Positions 1 to 6,333 of a DNA stretch of 41,901 bases are shown piece after piece. The first letter of the stretch is position 1; each line of letters starts with the position of its first letter. The position numbers were made by a program, and so were the translations under genes. Origin of the DNA: an uncultured bacterium (GTDB lineage Bacteria; Chlamydiota; Chlamydiia; Chlamydiales; SM23-39); NCBI GenBank assembly GCA_964618335.1, contig CAZTYI010000002.1, positions 1-41,901 on the forward strand. Direction: 5' to 3'. The notes under the pieces are model-generated. The model was given only the letters and a program-made list of their open reading frames with translations. It did not search any database and was not told the origin of the DNA.

Positions 1-405
1 TAAAAGCGGGATTTTTTGCAATTGCTCAAAAAAGAGCTTTATTCAGAGGTTCCTAAACTATTTTCGTTGTTTTATTTATTAAAATTATAACATATATTAT
101 AACTTATTTTAGATAATTAGTCAAAAAAAATCTTTAACGACTAATTAAAACGCATGTACTTTGATTACAAACACTTAAATCTTTAAATATTACCTCGCTT
201 GTTTCTTTTAAACAGCTAAGAATCAATAAGCTATCACACAGAACTAGTTATCTAAGTTACTATAAATCAACTAGTTGCGCGTGTAATTAAGGTTTCATTT
301 ATATAAATAATTGATTGATTTTAAAATAAAAAATAGATATAATTAATCATTATTAAGTTAGAATAATTAATTTAATCAACGTAAAAAACATATAATATAA
401 TAACT

Positions 406-1248
406 ATGACCACTTGTAATAATACTTTTTCTTTAGATCAATTTTATCAGGAAAATCCAACCTTTCCTCAGAATTTGATTATCAGAACAGAGGGAGAAAA
501 TAGTAGATGGGCTCGTATAAAATGTGCTGTTAATGAACAAACAGATAAATCTAGCATATTGAAACATATTTATTTTCCTATTATAGATTTACAGACTGGT
601 GGTATTTATTTAGATTGCTCTAAAAAAACTATTTATAAAAAACTTTGTGTTCAAGCCCTTTTAAGACCTTTTCATATTGTTTTTAAAACTTTTTATCATT
701 TAGCTTTTCCAATTTCTATTCCACACATTATTTATAAAACGATAAAACTAGCTCAAAAAGATGCTAAAGAAAAAAAAGAACCCTTGAATAAAAGAGAAGT
801 TGATCTTTTATGTTTCAAAAAGATAGGACATTCTTTAGCTGATATTATTAGAACTCCTCTATACGGATTAGCTATTATTATTGTAAGTATAGCCGCTGTA
901 TTAATTTGTTCTTTTGCTTTTTCTAAAGTTTATGATTTTAGAGAAAAAATAGGCTCTTTAATTACAAAAATGCAAAGAGGAGATAATAGTAATGACCTTT
1001 CTCCTTGTTTTGTTCCTTTTAGGTATTTGTCAAAAATGGGTCAAGCAAACCCCATAAAATACATGGGTGTAACTTATCCAAAAAACCTGACTCCTTATGA
1101 ACATAGATTAATCAGCTTTGCTTGGGCACAAATTCATTTCTTAAGAAATAATTATGCTCCTTTTCACAATCCAATTCCAATCAAAGGCAGATTAGACCCA
1201 AATATTGCTTATGTAAGTTCTAGTTATTGTGATTTTGAAAGAAAATAA
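406..1248 (+). CDS. orphan hypothetical protein with one clear transmembrane helix
   Basis: 280-aa ATG ORF from the track. It has one strong hydrophobic helix (LYGLAIIIVSIAAVLICSFAF) and no Shine-Dalgarno. It sits in extremely AT-rich non-coding DNA next to an IS relic and a tRNA fragment. I recognise no family. Confidence 0.45.
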   Translation: MTTCNNTFSLDQFYQENPTFPQNLIIRTEGENSRWARIKCAVNEQTDKSSILKHIYFPIIDLQTGGIYLDCSKKTIYKKLCVQALLRPFHIVFKTFYHLAFPISIPHIIYKTIKLAQKDAKEKKEPLNKREVDLLCFKKIGHSLADIIRTPLYGLAIIIVSIAAVLICSFAFSKVYDFREKIGSLITKMQRGDNSNDLSPCFVPFRYLSKMGQANPIKYMGVTYPKNLTPYEHRLISFAWAQIHFLRNNYAPFHNPIPIKGRLDPNIAYVSSSYCDFERK

Positions 1249-1267
1249 AAAAAACAAGTAAACGCGC

Positions 1268-1511
1268 AACAAAAGCGATAATACACATATCTTTTCCACA
1301 CTTAGAACAAACACGCGATAATACTTCATAAATTCTGGCAATCAGCTTTGCTCATCCCAAAAAAAAAATCTGTAAGGTATTTAGTTCTTCATTAAGATTT
1401 TTTACCAATATACTGAAAGGCCTTTCTGAAACTTTAGGATTTTCTGCCTACCAAAGCTTTTATTTTAAACCGCAAGGGAACATTAGGCGTAAAAACCCTA
1501 TGATAAAAACG
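1268..1511 (-). pseudogene. degraded IS91-family (HUH/Y2 rolling-circle) transposase relic
   Basis: Minus-strand translation 1351 to 1268 gives AKLIARIYEVLSRVCSKCGKDMCIIAFV. It is preceded in frame by TGA (1352-1354) where family members have Trp. This fits my recollection of the C-terminal W-A-x-L-[IL]-x-R-[IV]-[FY]-E-V-x4-C-x-x-C-G-x2-M-x-I-I-A-F zinc-ribbon block of IS91-type transposases. A second scrap in another frame, 1511 to 1437, gives RFYHRVFTPNVPLRFKIKALVGRKS then a stop. It resembles the Y2 block R-Y-x-H-R-V-A-I-S-N-x-R-L. The spacing between the two scraps is far too short for an intact gene. Confidence 0.4.
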
Positions 1512-1545
1512 AAAAAGGCAGCTAGGGATTTTTCCTAACTGCCTT
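1505..1545 (-). terminator. rho-independent terminator directly downstream of the tRNA-Asn fragment
   Basis: The stem pairs 1515-1526 (aaggcagctagg) with 1534-1545 (cctaactgcctt), 11 of 12 positions, with a 7-nt loop. On the minus strand it is followed by TTTCGTTTTT. Confidence 0.55.
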
Positions 1546-1555
1546 ATTTTCAGAT

Positions 1556-1608
1556 CTCCGGGTGCAGGATTCGAACCTGCGACCCATTGATTAACAGTCA
1601 ACTGCTCT
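1556..1608 (-). pseudogene. truncated tRNA-Asn(GTT): only positions 21-73 are present and the 5' 20 nt are missing
   Basis: The minus strand reads A GAGC A GTTGA CTGTTAA TCAAT GGGTC GCAGG TTCGAAT CCTGC ACCCGGA G. In order these are the D-stem 3' strand, anticodon stem-loop (anticodon GTT), 5-nt variable loop, canonical T arm (GTTCGAATC), acceptor 3' strand and discriminator. The upstream sequence (TTATTTTAATAA) cannot supply the acceptor 5' strand or the D arm. Confidence 0.75.
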
Positions 1609-1628
1609 TTATTAAAATAAGAAGTCGA

Positions 1629-3023
1629 TTAGAGCTCAAAAATGTTTTTTCCAAAATCTGTAACTTTAAAACATTTTCGATAGCGGCCCTCTTCTATTGA
1701 GACGATACCGGTAGCGGTAATGCCGCTTTCATACAGATAATTAGAGATGACATGGCTAAAGAGTTTATGCTCTTCTTCAGAAAAAGAAGGCAGTACATAT
1801 TCAAAGTTTTTACCAGTGCGGGTTAGCTTAATAGACTGTTCTTCTTTTAAAGGAGTAATCACACCTTTAATAAATTCATCCAGATAGAGCCAGCCTTGAT
1901 TTAAAGCGCGGCTGATTGATCCCATAGCTGTTTTAATTTCTGATTTTGAAAAAGGCAGAAAATTAGCGGGTTTTTCTAAGAGTTTTAGGCCTTTTTTTTC
2001 TAAAGGCAGATCGATGAATTCTGCGCCTAAATCAGTTATTTTCAGTTTGCCTTTAATAATTTCTACAAGTTTCAGAAAAAGAGCTTTAGGGAGAAGCTTA
2101 GTACAAGGGGGAGTCAAGACTGCTAGTTCTTTTTGAGCCATTTTAGAAAGTGTTAAAATATCATAAAAGAGAGGTTTTTTTTCTATTTTTTGGAGAAAAA
2201 CTGTTAAATCTTCTAAAAAGCCAAAATCTGATGGGTGGTCTCTTTTAATCGTGTGTTCGTTTTTGATGGAAAGAGGTTGTGTTTTTGCTGAAAATTTTAA
2301 ATAGTTTTTCCATTCTTCGAAAGGAGTAACGATCTCTTCTAGACCATCGGCTGTTTTACGGTGGCGCAGACAAAGAACAAAAGAAAATTCTAAAAATAAT
2401 AAATGTTCGTGGAACTCAAAATCGGAAAGAGCATACTTACTTTTTAAATCAGCACCTTTGGCTTCTAAAGAAGGTGAGTTAAAAACCTCATTAATTAAAT
2501 TTTCAAAAATAGGATTTTTTTGCTGAATGTCTTCCAGATGTCTGAAGAAGATCGTAGGAGTGAAGAGAAATTTATCGATAATGGCTTGAAAAATGCTATT
2601 GGAAGTTTTAGGCAGGGCATACCAAAGCGGCAGAATATGGATCGGTATTTTTTTTAAAGAGCTTTGGATAAATTCTAAATCAGGTTTGAAGTCTTCTTCA
2701 AAAGTAAGGGCTTGAAAATCAAAATATTTACGGACGTTTTTATTGATTATGATCTCATCTATTTTGTCTTTTTGAAGAGTAAGTAAATCAGCTTGAGAGA
2801 GCTTTTTTAAAGAATCCAGGATCTCAGTGGGTTTTTCTGAGAGATTGGTATTTTTTGTGAATTTAGAAAGAGAAGTTTTGATTGGACTGTAGAGAATTTC
2901 TTCTAAGACAGCTAGATCTAAAGCTGAAAACTGGGAGATAAAGATACGATTTTTAATATCACTTGCAAAATCATAATCGGCAAGATTGATTTTAATTTTT
3001 CGGGCTGCATTTAATTCTAACAT
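1629..3023 (-). CDS. hypothetical cytoplasmic protein (464 aa), family not recognised
   Basis: Long uninterrupted ATG ORF with no TM helix or signal peptide. Its composition matches neighbouring genes. The stop codon lies 21 nt from the tRNA fragment. Confidence 0.7.
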   Translation of the reverse strand: MLELNAARKIKINLADYDFASDIKNRIFISQFSALDLAVLEEILYSPIKTSLSKFTKNTNLSEKPTEILDSLKKLSQADLLTLQKDKIDEIIINKNVRKYFDFQALTFEEDFKPDLEFIQSSLKKIPIHILPLWYALPKTSNSIFQAIIDKFLFTPTIFFRHLEDIQQKNPIFENLINEVFNSPSLEAKGADLKSKYALSDFEFHEHLLFLEFSFVLCLRHRKTADGLEEIVTPFEEWKNYLKFSAKTQPLSIKNEHTIKRDHPSDFGFLEDLTVFLQKIEKKPLFYDILTLSKMAQKELAVLTPPCTKLLPKALFLKLVEIIKGKLKITDLGAEFIDLPLEKKGLKLLEKPANFLPFSKSEIKTAMGSISRALNQGWLYLDEFIKGVITPLKEEQSIKLTRTGKNFEYVLPSFSEEEHKLFSHVISNYLYESGITATGIVSIEEGRYRKCFKVTDFGKNIFEL

Positions 3024-3142
3024 GGACTATACCTGAGAAAAAGTGCGGCGTAAGGATAATACAAAAAAAATATTTTGACCAGATTTAGTCGCTTTTTAAT
3101 GAAAGTTTAATTTTTTTTAATTTAGGAAGGAGAAGATCTACT

Positions 3143-3919
3143 ATGAAGAAAATTTTTCAGCTCTTGAATGTAATTTTTATTTTGACAGTTTTTTTAGGCT
3201 GGAAAATCGGGTATGGAATGGAAGTGGAAGAACTGGTGATTAAAAATGGATCTTCTTCAGCCTGCATTAAATTACAAGTAGTTGATAATGCTCCTCAAGT
3301 TGTTTTAGTAGATCAAAACGGACAAGAACGTCTGGTTTTACAAGTAGACGATATAGCCAAAATCTTGGTTAATAGTGAGACTAAGGAAAAGGGTTTAGAG
3401 CTGAGCGCTAAAGAAGAAGGCCTGTTTGCTCTTTTTGATAAAAATGGCAAAAATAAGATCACAGCTTCTCCAACTGGTGTAATTTTAAAAAATGAAACTG
3501 AAAAAGTAGTCGGCTCTTTTTCTATTTTAGCAGATGGCAGTGGTGGTTTCGGTCTGGCTGATGCCGAAGGGTTTGCTTCTGCGATTGTCCGTGGCGGTGC
3601 AAATCCTTGTTTTGCACTTTTTGGTACTAAACCCGATCCTATTGCGGCTCTCGGTATTATGCAGCAAATTCCCCATTTGATTGTTTCAGGAAACATGGGC
3701 AATGAAGGCATCTTGATTCATGGGGGAGAGCATAGTGGTTTGATGGTTTTAAATGAAACTGGTCAACTGAAAGTCTTTATTAATAAAGATGGTATTTTTC
3801 AAAACCAACAGCAAACCTCTACAGAGGAAAAACCGCAGTTCTTTTCTTTTTCTGATGAAAGAAAAATTCTTTTTCCAAATGATAAGCTGCAAGAAAAAGC
3901 TCAAGAGACTGTTAGGTAG
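3143..3919 (+). CDS. secreted or periplasmic hypothetical protein with a signal peptide
   Basis: Strong RBS (aggaaggagaag) upstream of the ATG. The N-terminus MKKIFQLLNVIFILTVFLGWKIGYG looks like a signal peptide. The body has reiterated short beta-strand-like units (LVDQNGQERLVL, LFDKNGKNKI, VLNETGQLKVFINKDG). Confidence 0.7.
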   Translation: MKKIFQLLNVIFILTVFLGWKIGYGMEVEELVIKNGSSSACIKLQVVDNAPQVVLVDQNGQERLVLQVDDIAKILVNSETKEKGLELSAKEEGLFALFDKNGKNKITASPTGVILKNETEKVVGSFSILADGSGGFGLADAEGFASAIVRGGANPCFALFGTKPDPIAALGIMQQIPHLIVSGNMGNEGILIHGGEHSGLMVLNETGQLKVFINKDGIFQNQQQTSTEEKPQFFSFSDERKILFPNDKLQEKAQETVR

Positions 3920-3932
3920 TGTTGCTGAGAGA

Positions 3933-5204
3933 TTAAATTTCCAGTTTAGAATCAGAGTTTGATTTTTTAGTTTTTAGTTTTTGAAAATACTCCAGCCTTT
4001 TTTTCAACTCTCTTTCGAAACCGCGTTCGACAGGCTCATAAAAAGCAGTTGGAGTTACTTCTTCTGGGAAATAATTTTGGCCTGAGAACCCCTCTTCTGT
4101 ATCATGGTCATATTGGTACTCTTTGCCGTAACCCCATTCTTTCATTAGCTTAGTCGGAGCATTTAGAATATGTTTAGGCGGCGTTAAATGGTTGGTATTT
4201 TGAGCTGCTTTCTTAGCTGCTTCATAAGCTAGATAGACCCGGTTGCTTTTAGGAGAAAGAGCCAGGTAGACAACAGCCTGAGCTAACGCAGCTTCGCCTT
4301 CAGGAGAGCCTAGCATTTGATAGGTCTTAAAAGCATTTAAGGTCAGGTTTAAAGCAGCTGGATCAGCCAGGCCTATATCTTCTGTGGCCATCCGAACTAG
4401 TCTTCGGCCTATATAAAGAGGTTCTTCTCCACCTTCCAGCATACGGCAGAACCAGTAAAGAGCAGCCTGAGGGTCAGAACCGCGGATAGCTTTATGCAAA
4501 GCAGAGATGAGATTAAAATGATATTCCGAGTGTTTGTCATAAAGAGCATTTTTGCGCGAAAGCAGGCTGGCAATAGTTTCCCGATCATATTTCCCGATTT
4601 TTTCTAAATTCTCCAAAAGGTTTAAAAGATAGCGAGCATCGCCGTGAGCTAAAGAGGTTAGATAATCTTTATCTTTTGCTTTTAGCGGTAGGGGAGAGAT
4701 TAGTTTTTCATATCTTTCTATAATAGAAAGCAGGTCTTTTTCAGTTAAGGAGTTTAAAATCAGTATGTTCAATCGTGAGAGCAAGGCGCTGTTTAGATTA
4801 AAAGAGGGGTTTTCAGTAGTAGCTCCTACTAAGATCAGGGTGCCCTCTTCTATATAGGGAAGGAAGGCATCTTGCTGAGCTTTATTAAAACGGTGGATTT
4901 CATCTACGAATAGTAAAAGAGAAGAGCCAAACAGAGGAGAGCTCTTAGCTTCTTCGGCTATTTTTTTGATTTCACTGACTGAGGAAAAAACAGCTGAGAT
5001 GTTTTTAAAGGGAAGTTTAAAGGCAGAGGCATAAAGTCTGGCGATAGTAGTTTTGCCAGAGCCTGGAGGTCCGAAGAGAAGCAGGGAAGCTGGTTTTCTA
5101 GAAGCGATAATCTTGGAAATGAAACCTTCTTTGCCGATTAAATGGTTTTGACCGACTACTTCAGTCAAAAGCTTGGGTCGTAATGTTTCTGAAAGTGGTG
5201 GCAT
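3933..5204 (-). CDS. rarA: replication-associated recombination protein A (AAA+ ATPase, MgsA/RarA)
   Basis: Walker A GPPGSGKTT and Walker B LLFVDEIHRFNK. C-terminal MgsA block HFNLISALHKAIRGSDPQAALYW...GEEPLYIGRRLVRMATEDIG. Confidence 0.93.
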   Translation of the reverse strand: MPPLSETLRPKLLTEVVGQNHLIGKEGFISKIIASRKPASLLLFGPPGSGKTTIARLYASAFKLPFKNISAVFSSVSEIKKIAEEAKSSPLFGSSLLLFVDEIHRFNKAQQDAFLPYIEEGTLILVGATTENPSFNLNSALLSRLNILILNSLTEKDLLSIIERYEKLISPLPLKAKDKDYLTSLAHGDARYLLNLLENLEKIGKYDRETIASLLSRKNALYDKHSEYHFNLISALHKAIRGSDPQAALYWFCRMLEGGEEPLYIGRRLVRMATEDIGLADPAALNLTLNAFKTYQMLGSPEGEAALAQAVVYLALSPKSNRVYLAYEAAKKAAQNTNHLTPPKHILNAPTKLMKEWGYGKEYQYDHDTEEGFSGQNYFPEEVTPTAFYEPVERGFERELKKRLEYFQKLKTKKSNSDSKLEI

Positions 5205-5378
5205 AAATAGCCTTTAAGTTTGTTTTTAGCTTTTTTTAGCGTAGCCTATTTTTTTTTATAGCGCATTAATTTTTAGGTGTTTGGATACTTTTTTAAAAAA
5301 TAAAGCTTGCATAAAAATCTTTTTTTTGAGACTAAGAGAAAATTGTAAGTAAATTAAAAACTCATAGGGGTTTAAGAA

Positions 5379-5585
5379 ATGAAAAAATTAGATTTATTAG
5401 CATTTGTTCTTATCGTAATTGGCGGTCTTAATTGGGGCTTTTGGGGCCTGTTTGAATTTAATTTCATTGATTATGTATTCGGCAATCTATGGATTGCGAA
5501 TTTAATCTACGTTGCGATTGGTGTTTCAGCTCTTTATTTTGTTATTACTTGGAAGAGTGTTATCCATAAGCTACATAGAAAATAA
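5379..5585 (+). CDS. DUF378-family small membrane protein, copy 1
   Basis: 68 aa with two helices and the motif GGLNWGFWGLFEFN typical of DUF378. A strong terminator follows. Confidence 0.8.
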   Translation: MKKLDLLAFVLIVIGGLNWGFWGLFEFNFIDYVFGNLWIANLIYVAIGVSALYFVITWKSVIHKLHRK

Positions 5586-5609
5586 GTATTGATTTTTGAT
5601 TTTTTAAAT

Positions 5610-5653
5610 AAAACAAGGTTTTAAGTTCTTGAAACCTTGTTTTATTTTTTTTT
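5610..5653 (+). terminator. rho-independent terminator of DUF378 copy 1
   Basis: Perfect 12-bp stem (5610-5621 aaaacaaggttt with 5632-5643 aaaccttgtttt), 10-nt loop, then a T-run to 5653. Confidence 0.8.
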
Positions 5654-5780
5654 GTTAAATCATTTATTTCCATTAACTTAATTAAGTTTTTTCATTTTAA
5701 TAATAAAATTACATTGAAAGTAAGTGTTTAATTTGAGTTAATACAATACAGAGGAATTAACACATTATAATGAGGTTGTT

Positions 5781-5975
5781 ATGAAGAAATTAGAAAAACT
5801 TGCTTTAGCACTGTTAATCATTGCTGGCATTAATTGGGCTTTGTGGGGCTTTTGGGACATTAATATCGTCTCTGCTATTTTTGGACGAGAATGGATCGAT
5901 CGTCTTGTTTACTTTTTATTCGGTATTTCTGGTATTTATGTTGCCTACCGATGGAAAAGAAAATTGCTGGGTTAA
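5781..5975 (+). CDS. DUF378-family small membrane protein, copy 2 (tandem paralogue)
   Basis: 64 aa with the motif AGINWALWGFWDIN and a gagg RBS 6 nt upstream. A strong terminator follows. Confidence 0.8.
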   Translation: MKKLEKLALALLIIAGINWALWGFWDINIVSAIFGREWIDRLVYFLFGISGIYVAYRWKRKLLG

Positions 5976-6010
5976 TGGTTCATTGTTAATGAGACAAAAA
6001 GTAAAAAACG

Positions 6011-6056
6011 AAAGATTCTTTAAAAAGTCCAACCTTTTTAAAGAATCTTTTTTTTT
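6011..6056 (+). terminator. rho-independent terminator of DUF378 copy 2
   Basis: Perfect 17-bp stem (6011-6027 aaagattctttaaaaag with 6034-6050), 6-nt loop tccaac, and a T-run to 6056. Confidence 0.85.
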
Positions 6057-6117
6057 AAGATATTTTAAATATGAATTACACATTTTTAGATAAAATAATA
6101 AAAAATTATTTTTTTAT

Positions 6118-6146
6118 TTGAAAAAAAACACATTAGAAAGTATAGG
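6118..6146 (+). promoter_or_regulatory. sigma-70-like promoter for the polybasic micro-gene
   Basis: TTGAAA (6118-6123), a 17-nt spacer, then TATAGG (6141-6146), about 57 nt upstream of the ATG at 6203. Confidence 0.4.
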
Positions 6147-6202
6147 GTGAATTAAAGCGTGTAATTAAAATTAAATAACGTAAATCAAAATAGGAGGATT
6201 TT

Positions 6203-6313
6203 ATGTTAAAGAGAAAAAAAAGAAGAAAAGTAGCTAAGAAAAGAAAAACTGTTAAGAGAAAAACTAAAGCTAAAGCTAAAAAAACTGTTAAGCGTCGTCG
6301 TCGTCGTAAATAG
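6203..6313 (+). CDS. 36-aa polybasic peptide (25 of 36 residues Lys/Arg, no acidic residue); protamine/H1-like or eL41/bS22-like
   Basis: Not in the ORF track. A perfect AGGAGG sits 6 nt upstream of the ATG. Translation is MLKRKKRRKVAKKRKTVKRKTKAKAKKTVKRRRRRK. It has an internal 13-nt direct repeat aaaaactgttaag (6244-6256 and 6280-6292), its own promoter-like element and a terminator. Confidence 0.6.
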   Translation: MLKRKKRRKVAKKRKTVKRKTKAKAKKTVKRRRRRK

Positions 6314-6333
6314 TTAAATTAGCTCTTTTTGAT

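Noticed and set aside
80-107. dif-like 11-6-11 element (taaaattataa catata ttataacttat) resembling the CATAA-TGTATA-TTATG core of XerCD sites
   Set aside because: The similarity rests almost entirely on A/T positions in an extremely AT-rich spacer. The GC-containing outer part of the XerC arm is absent. I cannot distinguish it from chance without a genome-wide dif model and GC-skew terminus mapping.
279-290. 12-mer gcgtgtaattaa shared with 6157-6168, in both cases 10-12 nt downstream of a TATA-like hexamer and upstream of an ORF
   Set aside because: It is a single short shared word with only two occurrences, and the flanks do not align. It is possibly a common operator or 5'-UTR motif, but it cannot be supported without genome-wide motif enrichment.
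274-1270. Inverted 9-mers gttgcgcgt (274-282) and acgcgcaac (1262-1270) flanking the 280-aa ORF, as possible terminal inverted repeats
   Set aside because: The match does not extend beyond 9 nt on either side. The right copy is simply part of the transposase-relic reading frame (FVAR). There are no target-site duplications.
3313-3711. 132-aa minus-strand ORF inside the 258-aa secreted-protein gene
   Set aside because: It is fully antisense to a gene that has a strong RBS and a signal peptide. It is Pro/Ser/Ala-rich, as expected from reading a coding region backwards, and has no RBS.
5821-6093. 90-aa plus-strand ORF overlapping DUF378 copy 2 in another frame
   Set aside because: It starts inside the DUF378 gene and reads straight through the 17-bp terminator hairpin. 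The DUF378 frame has the family motif and the RBS.
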